Shown in pieces: positions 1-13,705 of a DNA stretch of 64,000 nt; the first letter of the stretch is position 1, and each line of letters opens with the position of its first letter. The notes beneath the pieces were generated by a model that did not search any database, was not told the origin of the DNA, and saw only the letters and a list, made by a program, of their open reading frames with translations. Made by a program: the position numbers and the translations under genes. The stretch lies in NCBI GenBank assembly GCA_964016885.1, contig OZ024744.1, positions 81,034,001-81,098,000 of the forward strand. Reading direction: 5' to 3'. Origin of the DNA: Eledone cirrhosa (taxonomy: Eukaryota).

Positions 1-805
1 AAAATGAAAGGCAGGTTGTATGATGCCTGGCAGTGAGACCTGGGCATTGTGTGCAGAGGATATGCGCAGACTAGAGAGGAACGAAGCTTGCATGCTCCGC
101 TGGATGTGTAATAGTAATATACGTGAACGGCAAAGCATAAACGAACTAAGGAAAAAATTAGAAATAAGAGGGATCAGATGTTGTTTACTCGAGAGAAGGC
201 TACGTTGGTATGGTCACGTGATGCGCATGAAAGACGACAGCTGTATAACAAAGTGCAGGGCAATAAAGATAGACGGTAGCCACGGAGTAGGCAGACCCAG
301 AAAAACCTGGGACGACTTGATAAATTCCGACCTCACACACTTACACCTCTCCAAGACAATGTCACTGGACCGAGACCTTTGGCGGTACTCAGTAATAGAG
401 AAGACCCGCCTTACCTAAATACAAAGTAAAACCTACTACAGTCAGTAGGCATCTCTAACAAAATACACCCCGTCCCACCACCCCCACCGTATCCACACCG
501 CCCCTTTCAATGTAAAGTTATGTTGGTGCCACAACATCCAGGCCGAAACAAATGATAATCGTGTAGGTGTCACGACAAAAAAAACACACAGTCCACGCTG
601 TAATGTGGCCGTGTAGGCAACACGGTAAAAACCTCCCAGCCCCACACTGTAAATGTGGTTGGTGTTAGGAAGGGCATCCAGCCGTAGAAAACCCGCCAGA
701 CAGTCCTATGCGAGCAATGACAACCACTCTTGCCTCAAGTGGGAAAACTCCCGTTCAAACCCATGCAAGCGTGGAACATGGACGTTAAACGATGATGATG
801 ATGAT
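1..805 (+). mobile_element. RTE-clade LINE 3' portion (RT C-terminus, 3' UTR, (GAT)n tail)
   Basis: ORF 20-418 contains GSETW, RLRWYGHVMRM and GRPRKTW. The UTR ends ...ggacgttaaacgatgatgatgatgat. Near-identical to copies at 30241-31790 and 38936-39570. Confidence 0.9.
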
Positions 806-902
806 ATATATACATATATACATACATACATGCCGATGCGCTGAACGAGTGACTTTTTAGTGGGATACATGTTACCAGTAGCACTAACTGGTGACCTGAC
901 AT

Positions 903-1190
903 ATGTACATACAAATCCAGTATCCAAGATACACCTTTAGTTTCATACCCATCATTATTGGAGCTACGGGTTATATACCGACCCGCTTGGACCAAAGTAT
1001 GACTGAACTTGGATTTGCGGACAAAGAGTGCAGCTCCCGAATTCATAGTCTACAAATGGTTGTGGTAGCTGGCACCTTCAAAATTTGCAAAACATTCTTG
1101 CGATTCAAGGGATGACAATTTCTTTTCATTTACAACCTTGCCGGTGGCCGGTCAAAAAAAATATACTCGAAATTAAGAGAAAGAGATAAC
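903..1190 (+). mobile_element. R4/Dong-like (restriction-like endonuclease) non-LTR retrotransposon 3' remnant
   Basis: ORF 903-1115, YPRYTFSFIPIIIGATGYIP...LQMVVVAGTFKICKTFLRF*, resembles the IPIIIGALG...GTVKI C-terminus of R4/Dong-type elements. It abuts a (TA/CA) microsatellite. Confidence 0.55.
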
Positions 1191-1398
1191 ATATACACAT
1201 ACATATAATCATACGTATATATACATACACATATACATACATATATACATACATATATATACATACACACATACATATATACATACATATATACAGACAT
1301 ACATATATATATATATATATACATATATACATACATATATACATACATATATATATACATACATATACATACGTACATACATACAGACATATATACAG

Positions 1399-1445
<47 letters not shown>

Positions 1446-1475
1446 CACACACATATATACATACACATACATACC
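1190..1475. repeat. Compound (TA)n/(TACA)n microsatellite
   Basis: Directly visible. Similar tracts at 1908-2080, 13620-13700 (CT)n, 14050-14092 and 17728-17845. Confidence 0.9.
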
Positions 1476-1524
1476 GATGCGCTGAACGAGTGTGACTTTT
1501 TAGTCCAGCCAGCGACTTGAAAAC

Positions 1525-1900
1525 TCATCATCGTCATCATCACCGTTTTGCGTCCGTCCTTCCACGTTAGCATGGGTTAGACGGGGTGTCCTGTTGTGGG
1601 CAGTGTCCGGTCAGCTGACCTTGTCTTGCTCATACGGGAACTGATTCTGGCTTAATTTCTACAGCTGGATGCCCTTCCTAACACCAACCTCATTTATAGT
1701 GAGTGGTGGGTGCTTTTTTTCCGTGGCGCCTACACGTCCACTTTACAGTGTGGGCTGGGTGCTTTTTTGTCGTGGTACCTCCACGACCACTTTGCAGTGG
1801 GAGGGTGTGGGGGCATATTGTCTATATGCTTCAGCTTGGGCTTGTACCCGTGGGGGGTCGGGTATTCTGTATTACTGCATGACGCCAGAGGTCACGGTCG
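1525..1900 (-). mobile_element. RTE LINE 3' UTR fragment (second subfamily)
   Basis: Nearly identical to 52800-53170 and carries the (CAT)n tail on the + strand. Confidence 0.8.
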
Positions 1901-4900
1901 TAATTGGGTACATACATACATATATATATACATATATACATACACATATATATATATACATACTCACACATATATATATACATACATATATACATAGACA
2001 TATATATATATATATATATACATACATATAAACATACATGTATGTATGTATTTATGTATGTATATATATATATATATATCAAGCGTTAACCTCATATATC
2101 CCTTCCTTATACTATACCGATTGTGTTATTTCTGTTTACTTTTTACATGTATATATATATATAAAATAAACACACCAAACAATTACAATATATATATATA
2201 TATATATGCATACAGTCTTTTACTCATTGATTGCGGCCATACTGGAACATCGCCTTCACTGATTTTCTCCTCAGTATTGGCATCGTTCTCAGTATTTATT
2301 TTAGTTTGATGTTTATTTCATCGACCTTTATTAGTCGAACTGCTAATATGCAGGACAAAAAAAACAAACATCACCGGTTAAGTGGTGTGGAGGCACGTCA
2401 GAGTCAGACATGCACATATTTGTGTATGTATGTATGTATATGTATACACAGGTTTTATGCTCATATATACTCCCCCCTCTCTCCCTCTCTCTCGCTTGTG
2501 TGTGTCTCGGGAAAGTTGCAGTACAGTTTGTCTACAAAATTTCACTCACAAGGTATCGCAGTCAACTCGAGGCTGTACAATTAAAAAAATAACTGTGTCG
2601 TGTAGTGGGCATAATCTGAATATATATTTATGTGTATGTTCTATCTATATTATCATAGGTCTGTGTTTCATGTGTTGGACAGGGGTTGTCTCTGTCCAAG
2701 ACTTAGACGGGTCTGATAGCTCTTTTGTTGTTAATTCGTTCCATTTTGTTTTTGGCATTGTTTCTTACGGCTGGATTCCTTCCTAACGGTAACCACTTTA
2801 CAGCGTTTTATTGTGGTGCCTGTACGTGTACTACTTACTACATTACAGAATGTATTGGGTGCATTTTATCATTGCACCTGCACCACCACTTTACAGTGTG
2901 TTCTGTATACATTTCATAGTGGCATCTGCACTACAAATTGTGCACGGCACAAAAAAACGTTTAACGATCATTTTCCCTGGTAACGTACGGTGTTAAATTT
3001 TGCCATTTAACCCTATTTCCATCCCACCTAACCAAAACAATAGTTTCATTCCTTCCTCCATTATCCCTAGCTATGGTTTTCTTGGTCTTCTTCCTCTACT
3101 TCTTTCCACATTCATTCCCATCACCCCTTTCACTTTGTCGCTTTCATTTTACTGCAACACATGACCCAACCATCTCATTCCATCTCTCTCCACAGCATTC
3201 ATCACTGGTTGTATTCCCCTCATCCAGTCACTTTGCATACCTCAACACGCGACCCAACCATTCAATTCCAATTCTCTTCACAACAGTCATCACCTTTCTG
3301 AATGATACTCCACTTGATAGTGTATTAGGTGCATTGGTAAGTCTGCCTTGAAACTAGTGTGACTGAGAGACTACTCAGCACTCAAATGTTGTCTCTGCTC
3401 ATTTCATGCATGTGACTGCGATAGGATGGGGGTGAATATAAGGTGGTATGGCAGAAGTAAATGGGGGAGTAGTCAAACGGGTGTGAGAGATACAGTGAAT
3501 TGGAGTGGGGAGTTTGTAGATGGGGAGGGGGGGGGGGGGCATAACAGGAGAGAGAGAGATTTGTTGGAGAGAGTAATACTTGATAAGTAGTGTATGATGG
3601 GAGACATAGTGTTGGCAGGAGTAATGGTGGCCACAAGTTTCTGATGGGTGATCGGAAAACATAGCACAAGTAAATGTGATGGTTAATGGTATGGAGAGAA
3701 GGTGATGGTGAGATGTATGGGGTATAAATATTATTACACTGCCAATAACAAAGTATTATTGTTATCATTGTTTAACATCCGTTTTCCATGCTTGCATGGG
3801 TTAGACAGGTTGTCACGTTGTGAGACAACTCAGTTCAGATAACCACGTCTTGCTCGTGCAGATCTGTATTTTGGGTTGGTTTCTATAGAAACAGGGTGGA
3901 CTGAATGGTTTTGTTGTGGCACCATATCACCATACAGGGTGGCCTAAATGTTTTTTTTTGTCATGGCAGCAGAAGCTTGTATGCATGGGTTGGACAGGAC
4001 AGGAGAAGTGTATCAGTGTGAGAAAGCTGGGAGGGGAATGAGTATGCAAGTTGGACATAGATGAGGTGAATGGGATATTTGGCTGTTTTTTTTTGGGGGG
4101 GGGGGGGGGGGTATTATGAATGGGGAAGGGATAGGGAGAAAATTTGTGCAATTGGTCCTCTCCATGTTTGTGGGAAGGCGAGTCTTCTGTAGTACAGCAT
4201 AACACCAGAGATCTCAATCCTGTGTCATGTCATTTGAAAAGTTTAATTTTGCATGGTCAGCTCTTATCACTTCATCCCAAACGTCCCTAGGTCTTCCTCT
4301 TCCAAAGTTTCCATGAACTTTGCACCCTGCTCTTTTTTTATACAGCTGTCATCCTCCATACACATCACATGACCATACTACTGTATTCTCTCCTACACAC
4401 TACATCTTATCCCTCTTTAGCCCAGTTTCTCTCAGTTCATTGATGCAACACTGTTCATGCACACTATTATTACGTATCTGTTAGAGTATGCAAGCTTCAT
4501 TTCTTTCCAATCTTCTGCACACAGTGCCCAGGTACCATTTCCAAGCAGCATTGCTGTTCATACACAAGCATCATACAATCTGCCTTTCATTTTAAGGGAA
4601 GAACCTTTTGTAGGTAGCAACAGTAGTAGTTCCAAGAACATTTTCCATCCTGTTTTATCGTCATTATCATTTAATGTCCAGAGGGGGTGGATTGGCAGTA
4701 TCGGTAGGGGGTCGGACGCCATGCTTTCCAGCATAGTTACGTCCCTTTACGGTCTGAGTTCAAATCCCGCCGAGGTTAACTTAGCCTTTCATCCTTACGG
4801 GGTCGATAAAATAAAGTACCAGAAATGTATTGGGATAATTGCTGGCCCTGTGCCAAAAGTAGAAACAATTATCATTTAATGTCCATTTTTTTTCCATGAT

Positions 4901-5639
4901 TGCATTGATTAGACAGGTTGTCACTTCATGAAACAAGTCAGGTTATGTGTCTACATCTTGCTTATATGGATCTGATCTTGGTTTCTACAACTGGATGCCA
5001 TTCCTAATGCCAACCATGTTATAGTGTAAACTGGGTGAACTGGGTACTTTTTTGTCAAGTCACCAACACAACCACAAAGCAAGGTGGACTTGGTGCTTTT
5101 TTTGTTGTTACCTTACAATGTGGATTGAGTTTTTTTCCCCTTGTCACTAAGATAGTCACTATACAGGGTGACACTTTGGGCAAATGTTTTCTACTATAGT
5201 TTCAAGTTGATCAATGCCTTTTGAGTAAAATTTGTGTGTCTATGTCTGTTTGTTTTCTGCTTGTTTGTCTTGTATCTTAGTGATTTGACAAAAAATCAGT
5301 ACCATACTTGAAAAAAAATGTCTGGGGGTTGATATGACTAAATTCCTTCAATGTGGTGCCTCAGCATGTCTACAGTCTAGTGACTGAAACCAATAAATGA
5401 ATACATATGTATATTATTTACAACACAACAAATGTTATAAAGCCATTTTCCATGCTAAAACATAGGTTAGACTTGTGGATCCTGCATGTTTCATATTCAT
5501 CACAAGGTCATTTTTACGGTCAGATGTCCAGCTTGGTGCTAACCTTTTATTTGCCACTTATGAAACAGTGCGATATTTATATTATCATTTAACATCTGTT
5601 TTCCCTGCTAGTAAGGGCTATATGTATATATGATACCCA

Positions 5640-7290
5640 GAGACAGAATCATTCTTATAAAATTAGAAACAAAGGTCTCGAATCGATTAAATAAATAGTA
5701 AACACAGCAAAAGTTCCATCACTTTCCACAAAAAGGAAATAGTGGAAAGAAAAACTAGAGCTGTAGAAAATATAAAAATGAATTCCAAAGCTTTCTCTCA
5801 ATTTGCAAAAGAATAAACTTCAATCGATTCTAAGATATGAGGGGGGATCAAAAAGTTCGCTGAATTTTTCAGAAAGTAACCTATTTTTCAAAAATATGAT
5901 TTAGCTTCAATTTATTTTTCTACATAGTTGCCATCCAGGTCAATACACTTCACGAGGCGATGCTTCCAGCTTCGTAAGCCATCTCTAAAGAAAGTTGAAG
6001 GCCTTGTTCGAAGCCATGTGTTGGCAGTGTCTTTAGCTTCTTCAACACCACTAAAACGGGTTTCTTTTAGCATTTCTTTGAGTTTTGGAAAGGGGAAAAC
6101 ATTTGATGGGGCTAAATCTGGACTATAAGGCGGGTGAGGAAGCACTTCCCATCGAAATTCTCGAAGAACTTCTTTTGCAACCCACGCAGAATGCGCTGGT
6201 GCATTGTCATGGTGAAACAAGATCCCACCATGAAGTTTCCCTTTTCGTTTCTTGACTAATGCCTCTTTCAGCTTCCTTAAAACATTTGCATAGTAAGCTC
6301 CTGTCACAGTTCTTTGACCTTCAAGATAATCTATTAGTATCACCCCCATCTGAATCCCAGAAAATGGTGGCCATCACTTTTTGATCCGACTTTTGAGATT
6401 TGAACTTGATTGGCCCCGATGAGCCATTGTTTTGACTGCTGTTTGGATTCAGGATCATACTGGTAGATCCAGGTTTTATCTCCGGTGATGATTCTGGTCA
6501 GGAAATTCTCTTCATCAACTTCAATTTTGTTTAATATCGCCAAAGACAGATCACTTCAAATAATCAGCTGATCAGGGCGCAACGCTTTTGGGACCCATCG
6601 CACTGAAAGCTTGCTTAGTCCCAAATTATCGTGCAGAATTGAATTTGCCGAACCATATGAAATGTCTAGGGACTTAGCTAACTGATTAACTGTTATTCTT
6701 CGATCTTCTTCAATTAAAGTCTGAGCAGCCTCAACGTTTTGGTAATTTTTTGATGTTCCTGGTCTTCCACTGCGATGGTCGTCTTCAAGGTCGTCTCTCC
6801 CTTGTTTGAATCGCTGAATCCACTTGTAGACAGCAGTTTTCTTTGGAGCAGTAGTACCGTAAACTTTAACTAAAGCCTCCATAATCTGTGTCCCTTTCCA
6901 TTCGAGTTTCACCAGAAACTTGATATTCGATCTTATCTCAAAATAACTATTTTCCATTGTTCCAAAAAGAGGTTTTTTAGAGAGTCAGTACTGTACAATA
7001 GTCTGCGCATAACTGACTGCAAGTGACTAATAGCAAGGTAAACACCCAGTGACAATGTTCTGACATGTTTAATATTGTTTTAACCTGAATTTTTTATTGC
7101 TACGATAAAATTCCGCGAACTTTTTGATCCCCCCCTTGTAGAGCCTCACTGTTACAAGAAATAAGTGTTAAAATTGATTGGCCCCGATAATCCACGATGT
7201 GGTATATCCTGATTTTACAAAGACTTTCAATAAAGATGTCTCAAACTGTGTGATCTTGGTATAGTTGGAAAATTAAAGGCGTGTCGGTGG
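5640..7290 (+). mobile_element. Degenerate CR1/L2-group LINE fragment interrupted by the mariner
   Basis: Left flank reads AVENIKMNSKAF... and right flank DVVYPDFTKTFNK, similar to the DVIYLDFAKAFDKV RT motif. Confidence 0.45.
5838..7138 (-). mobile_element. Full-length mariner DNA transposon, inactive (about 1.3 kb)
   Basis: TA target duplications at 5836-37 and 7139-40. TIRs tgaggggggatcaaaaagttcgc / gcgaactttttgatccccccttg. Transposase pieces 6957-5912 show WVPKAL, TGDKTW, HHDNAPAH and YSPDLAPSN, with frameshifts. Confidence 0.95.
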
Positions 7291-7399
7291 ATAATGTTCC
7301 AATTTCCTCTCTTTGGGATAAAATTTTGAGTTTGATTTAAATTTTTTCCAAGTCGTTTTCAAGCATTTTTTGAGTAAGCTGATATTTAGAACATTCTTG

Positions 7400-7960
7400 T
7401 TCTTCGCCTACTTAATGCTGGGAGAGGGGGTTCATAGGGGCTGAGTCATCAAACACTCCTTCCAGCAGGTCCTGTCAGAAGCAACCATCTCTAACTGATC
7501 CAACTGGATGCCCAAGTGAGACTGGCCAAGATCATGAATGTTATACAACCTCCAGCCATCTTGTTCATGGTCTACCTCTGGGTCTCTTGCCAGTTGGTTT
7601 TGCCTGTAAAATCTGTCCAGAGACATTCTAACCACATGCCCATAGTATCGGAGCTGTAATCTCTCAATTCAGAGAAGTAGCAGCTCTACCTGGAGTGACT
7701 CTCTGATCTCTGAGCTACACACTCTATCGAATAATGTTACTCTAAAGACCCTTCGGAGGAATCCCATTTCAGCCGTTTGTATTTGTGATCATATTCCTTT
7801 GGTCTTTGCCCAAGATTCAATACCATAGTAATGGGTTGGTATGGATACCAAATTTAAGATAGCAAGTTTTGCTTTTATGCCTACCTCCGCTGTTCTGAAT
7901 GCTGAAGCTGGTGCATTACTACACCAGCTCCTACAATTCTTGCACGTAATTCAGCCTCCT
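7400..7960 (-). mobile_element. RTE-clade (Expander/Rex3-like) LINE 3' fragment; related copy at 18885-19160
   Basis: Minus strand reads LQLRYYGHVVRMS...LGIQLDQLEMVASDRTCWKECL. The homologous segment at 18885-19160 has a (GAT)n tail. Confidence 0.65.
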
Positions 7961-9229
7961 ACTTAATAAACATTTCTAAAATAAAATTATGATGGAATGT
8001 TTTAATATAAGGATAATCATTTTAAAATTAGTAGTTTTATATCATAAATCTGGACCATTTCCAGGCAGTTTGGTATCAAAAGTCTGGAAGTTGCAGCCAG
8101 TAGTTTCCTCTTTATGGAAATATTAATATTGTGTGAAGTTATTCCAGTATTGAAAATCTCTGCAGATGAACCATCTTCACCCAGAGCCTTCGTTCTTCAG
8201 TTTCTTCAGAGCTTCACAACACCTTCCTTGGTTGTTGATGCATCCAAATTGCATGCGTAGTGCTGGTGTCAGTGCAGTCTATGCACCATCTATTAGGCTG
8301 GTTGGCAGATGAGTTATGATAGAGCAGGTTTCACAAAATGGTCTCATCATTGACCGAGTACTCACCTAGGTTGGAAATTACACTTTTGGAATTGAGGATT
8401 GTTTTACTTGTAGTTAAGCAGCTTCATGCCCAGTTTTGTTGGTTCAGCTTTTGTGAACCCCCTACAGAAGTTGCATGTTTCATGTCAACTATGATGATGC
8501 ACCAGTATTTATTGTGATCTGCATGGTTAATGTGGGCCTTCTGTCTTCTGAGCAGCTGGTAACTAGTAGCACCATTGTTTCAAACACAATTGGACCTCTC
8601 AGAAATGTATATCGTATAGCTAAAGACCCAATCTTTTTGATTATTCTTAAGTTGTTACCTCTTGAGGGTGTGGTACCCATTTTCATCCATAGGTTCAGTT
8701 TGTTCTAGCATGTCCAAGTCATCGAAATGGTTTTTACAATTCTAGTTGAAAGCACATAGCATTCTTGCTGCATCTCGGTTTTGCAGTAAGATACTTTGGA
8801 AACCTTTTATTTATTTTGTTGACCTTCAGATGCATGCATACAAAGTTTTGCCCCTACCAAGCTATGATCTGACCCAGTCTCACTTTAGTACTGAACAAGG
8901 ATAAGATCAGCAGTCAAGTACACTGCTGGTTCAGCGAGATTAAGGGAAACAGGTGTAATATTCAATTCTAAAATGAAACCAGTGTAATAATCACCTCTCA
9001 AAGCAAAAATATTTTAACACCTCATTTACGTAGAATTTCAAGTTGGTGAAAATTGCCAAAATATTTACCTCAAATATAAGTCGACCCCGTCTTGTCCCCC
9101 ATTCCCATTTTACCATCAAATGTTTTGTCTTATATTTCTCATTTTATATACGAGTATGTACAATAAGTGTTCCCTATTGGCCCAACACTTTCTCTACAAA
9201 TGGATGGGGTATTCCTGTAACTTCACAAG

Positions 9230-9546
9230 TGGACTGCTGTATGTGACCAATCACATCTCGTAGCATAGATGAGAGACTAAAGAGACCAGAAGGTGTTATT
9301 AGATGGTATCAAAAGGATAAGGGCAGAAAGTAGTGCACAGTTATACCTAAGTCAAAATGAGCTTATGAGAATCATGACAACTGGCAGAGCAGGCTATTCA
9401 GAGACATCCAGAAAAAGTCCAAGCAGGTTTAGAGAAAAAGTGAGCATGGTAGTGATGCTTGGGCAGCAAAAAGTATGGACAAGGCAAGAGAGTGTTACTC
9501 AGTACAGGATTACCTCATGTTAAAACCAATAAAGGCAGACTTCTGC

Positions 9547-9580
<34 letters not shown>

Positions 9581-11045
9581 TCCAGGCAGTCTTTGATGCC
9601 TGCCCAAGTCCAGCTAACCTTCACATCTGGGATGAGAGAAATACATCTTCCTGTCTGTTCTGCTCTGAAAGATGTCCTTTAGAACATCTCAGAAGCTACA
9701 AAGGCCCTTGGAGGTGACCACTAAGTTGTTGCTAAAAGCATAACCACTACCATCAGTACAAGTAAATGCCTCAAAGAAGTTGAATACCTTCATCAAGGCT
9801 GGAGAGAAACCCTGTCTGATAGCTACATGTCAACCTAGTCAAGCAACTGAAGTTTCCACCACACATCATACCAACATTGCCTTAACCAGTCTCTGATTGA
9901 CAGCTACATGTCTCTCTTGTCAAGCAGCTGAAGTTGCCACTACATCATACCAACATTACCCTGTTCAATCTCTGACTGACAGCTACATGTCAATCTAGAC
10001 AAGCAGCTGAAGTCCCCATCACACATCATACCAACATTGCTACAACCAGTCTCTGGTCAACAGCTACATGTCTCTCTGGTCAAGCCACTGACGTTCCCAT
10101 CACACATCATACCAACATTACCCTGGTCAATCTAGTCAATCTCTGACTGACAGCTACATGTCAATTTAGTCAATCTCTGACTGACAGCTACATGTCAATC
10201 TAGTCAATCTCTGACTGACAGCTACATGTCTCTCTGGTCAAGCCACTGACGTTCCCATCACACATCATACCAACATTGCTACAACCAGTTTCTGGTCAAC
10301 AGCTATATATCTCTCTGGTCAAGCCACTGACGTTCCCATCACACATCATACCAACATTGCTACAACCAGTCTCTGGTCAACAGCTACGTCTCTCTGGTCA
10401 AGCCACTGACGTTCCCATCACACATCATACCAACATTACCCTGGTCAATCTCTGATTGACAGCTACGTATCAGTCTAGTCAAGCAGTCATGATCACCACC
10501 ATGCTTTCTATGACTAGATGTCCTTCCTAAAACCAACAACTAAATAAAGTGGTGTATTTATTCATGACACCAGCACTTAGAGAAGTTGTACTTGTTAGCA
10601 AAACAACTGATCATACTAGAACTTACATTGCTCTGGGAAGAGCATATTCAAATAGCCAATGAGAAGACATGCACAAAGTACCAGGAACTGGTGAAGAAGT
10701 GCTAGAACAATGGTTGGAAGATAGATGTAGGCTATAGACGCTTTGAATGGTCAGATGTAGGCTATAGACGCTTTGAATGGTCCTTAAGCTTTAAAAGGAA
10801 TGGCAAAGAAAAGAGCCATTCAATTTTCTAGCAAAGCTGCACTGAATGCCACCAAGTAGTTTTGGATTAAAATGGCTGATCTGTGGGCAGTTTCTGCTGA
10901 GACAAAAGTCAGGACCTGATCAAATCTTGTTGGGTATTCTTGGACAGTATCTCTAATGTTGAAAATCTAATGAATCCAATGACCCCCAGGTCACATTACT
11001 GTTGATACATCCCAGCTCATTCATAGGATGTCTTGCATTCATCAC
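9230..11045 (+). mobile_element. HERO-like (RLE-type) non-LTR retrotransposon 3' portion, degenerate
   Basis: Reads QAVFDACPSPANLHIW...CLFCSERCPLEHL (CCHC knuckle region), then QLIILELTLLWEEHIQIANEKTCTKYQELV...VGYRRF and KKRAI...FWIKMADLW. The 3' UTR ...ccaatgacccccaggtcacattactg resembles HERO-type ends from memory. Confidence 0.7.
9812..10487 (+). repeat. Minisatellite, about 79-81 bp unit, roughly 7 full copies plus about 35-bp sub-duplications
   Basis: Recurring unit cagctacatgtctctctggtcaagccactgacgttcccatcacacatcataccaacattgctacaaccagtctctggtcaa. Confidence 0.9.
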
Positions 11046-11224
11046 TATCATCATTTTATACCCGCTCTTCAATGTTTGCATGGGTTGGACAGGTCCTTTC
11101 TAGCATAGCCTCACACCGCATGCTACTTTGCTTCATCATCTCTGCTGTGGGGTTCAGTATTTTGAGATCAGATCTCTGTCCAGGTTTTTCTTGTTCTTCC
11201 TCTACTGTAGCTCCCTTTCACAGT

Positions 11225-11390
11225 CATGGCTGTGTGATTTAGAAGCTTGCTTCTAAAGCATATGGTTTCAAGTTCGGACCTGCTGTGTGACAGCTTGGCT
11301 GAATGTATTTCTTGCTATAGCTTTGAGCTCACCAATCCTCTGAGTGGAATTTGGTAGAAAGGAACTTGTGAAAGCCCATCATCCATATGT
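11225..11390 (+). mobile_element. Degenerate tRNA-derived SINE (abundant octopus-type family)
   Basis: ggctgtgtgatttagaagcttgcttc...gttcggacc...gtggaatttggtag head and body. Related pieces at 2500-2610 (-) and 5170-5400. Confidence 0.5.
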
Positions 11391-13364
11391 ATGTGTGCGC
11401 ACGCGCGCGCGCACACACGCACGCACGCACGCACACTAGATGGACTATCAGGTTAAGGGGGTTGTGTTTTTTGGATTGGTTTTCAATGGTTCGATGCTCT
11501 TCCTAACATCACCCACCTTACAGGGTGTATTGAGTGCTTTTCATTGTGGTGGCTGCACAATCCTCTTAATGGAGGGACTGGATAGAAAGGAGAGAGAGCA
11601 AACATCAGGCTACATATTGCTTGATATGCAGTAGGGTATTCCATAGTGCAAGAGCAATTGGTGGGGTGTGTGTAGGTTTGCCTCGAAGAGAAGGGGTTGT
11701 GCTTAGTACTATATTGTGGAATGTGTCTGGCTCTCCATTCATGCATGGGTTGGACAGGACAGGTGCACTTGGGTTGTGGCAAGGGGTACACATCATCTTC
11801 TTCATTGTTAATTGCCTATTTTCCATGCCCCCCTGGGCCAGATGCATCTGTCATGCTCTAAGATGATGCTGGGTATAGGGAGAGGGACTCGCATGCGATA
11901 GATATGCCAATTGTTGGGGTGGGGTGTTGACCTCCCACTGTAGGAACACCTGATTATGAGGGTGACTCTGAAGCATGTGACTGGTGTTTGACATAGTGAT
12001 ATGTGCATGGCTTTCCATGGGCAGGGGGGGGGGGGGGGGGGCAAACATAGATTAGTTAGGGAACTTGCAGAAGACCTGGCTTTAAATTAGCTATAGCCTG
12101 TAATGAAGGCATATTCTGTTTAATAGAACTGTTGGTTTTCTCATGAAAAATATATTTTTTTGTAAAACACGAACTGGCTGTCTTGTATATTTACAGCAGA
12201 CTACTCTTCTCCTGTGTTGAATGTGACAGATATGCATACATTATAGATAGTACATTTCATAATTTTTTAATTGTGTAAATGTCATATAGCTAATTCAAGT
12301 TTATTATATGAGGACAAATGATCAAATAAGAGTGAAATAGTTTTTTTTTTCATTTGATACTATTATTAAACATAATACTGTGTCTTTTATTCTTGAATTC
12401 TTAAAATAACTTTTAAAATTAGTGGAAACAAGTGTTTGGGAGATATAGATAGACAGACAGAGAGATAGATAGATAGACTGCAATATTAATACTTTGAATC
12501 TTCTGCATAGACCATGTTTGGGATGTTTGACAGCAGTGTGGTGTCCTTGATGATAACAGTCAATGGAGAGGGAGAGCAGAAGATAGGGATAGAGAAATGG
12601 GTTGACATTTGTTATAATAGTTGTGCTGATTACTGATGATGGCTATCAGTATCATCACCATCATCATCGTTTTTCAGCTGTTTCCTATGTTAGGTGGGTT
12701 GAACAGGTTGTCACATTCTGAGACTTGACATGTCAGATGACCACAACTTGCTTGTGGCATGGTTTCTGCAACTGCATGCCCTCCCCAACATCAACTACTT
12801 TATTGCACATCTTGGGAACATTTAATCATAACTGCAGCTCTACCTTACAGGGCAAACTGGGTTCATTTTATTGACACCAGCCATACAACATTGTGGGGTG
12901 AACTATGTGCATTTTATCAAGGCACCAGCACTACTACTTTACAGAGTAGACTAAGTGCATTTTATGGTACTAGTACTACCATTTTACAGGGTGGACAAGG
13001 TGCATTTTACTGTGGCACCAACACTGGCATTGCTGTTTTCAGCTGGGAAGAGAGACACTGATAAGAATGGAAGGAGATAAGAGAATGGTGGAAGCAGCAC
13101 AATGGGACAGGTTGTAATAGCTTGTACATGTTATTTGCCGAGAGAGAGATGGGGTATTTTTGGGGTAGTGGTAAATAACTGGTGTTTGGAACATGAGAAA
13201 GGTTATTACATAAAATTATGATGGAAGATATTTTAGATAAATATAAACCCTTTAAAATAAACAGCTTAATATTATAGAATCAGCAGCAGTTTCAGATGGC
13301 TTGGTATCAAAAAGGTTAAAAGAAATTCTTATTGGTTTACTTTTATTTCTATTTGCCATCATTG

Positions 13365-13460
13365 GCAGCTGAAGTATTTGGTGATGCTCGTGAGGCTACT
13401 TGGCTGTACCAGTGCCTTAGCCTCGCTATTACCGAAAGTAAGGCTGTGAGTGTATTGTAT
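13365..13460 (+). mobile_element. CRE-like non-LTR retrotransposon C-terminal remnant
   Basis: Reads EVFGDAREATWLYQCLSLAITESKAVSVL, similar to the GDxRExxWLxQRLSxAxxRGNAxSxL tail of CRE-clade RLE proteins. Confidence 0.5.
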
Positions 13461-13622
13461 ATCCCTGATGTAGTGTGTAATTGAATGTATGCGATGTTTA
13501 GATTTTTTTTTTTTCTTCATTTTAACTCATTTTCATGGAGTTGTTTCTTTTATGCTTTCACTGGTTCCCAGTCATTAGACCAGGGCACTGCATTAAATGC
13601 TCTCTTACTCTTCCCCTCTATT

Positions 13623-13705
<83 letters not shown>

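Noticed and set aside
1126-2309. Several long ORFs rich in Y/I/M/C/V
   Set aside because: They are translations of (TA)n/(TACA)n microsatellites, not proteins.
9812-10487. CRISPR-like appearance of the repeat array
   Set aside because: The units are contiguous with no unique spacers, the context is eukaryotic, there are no cas genes, and the array is explained as a TE-derived minisatellite.
12625-12655. CTGATGA within a small hairpin
   Set aside because: No GAAA box or three-way junction is present.
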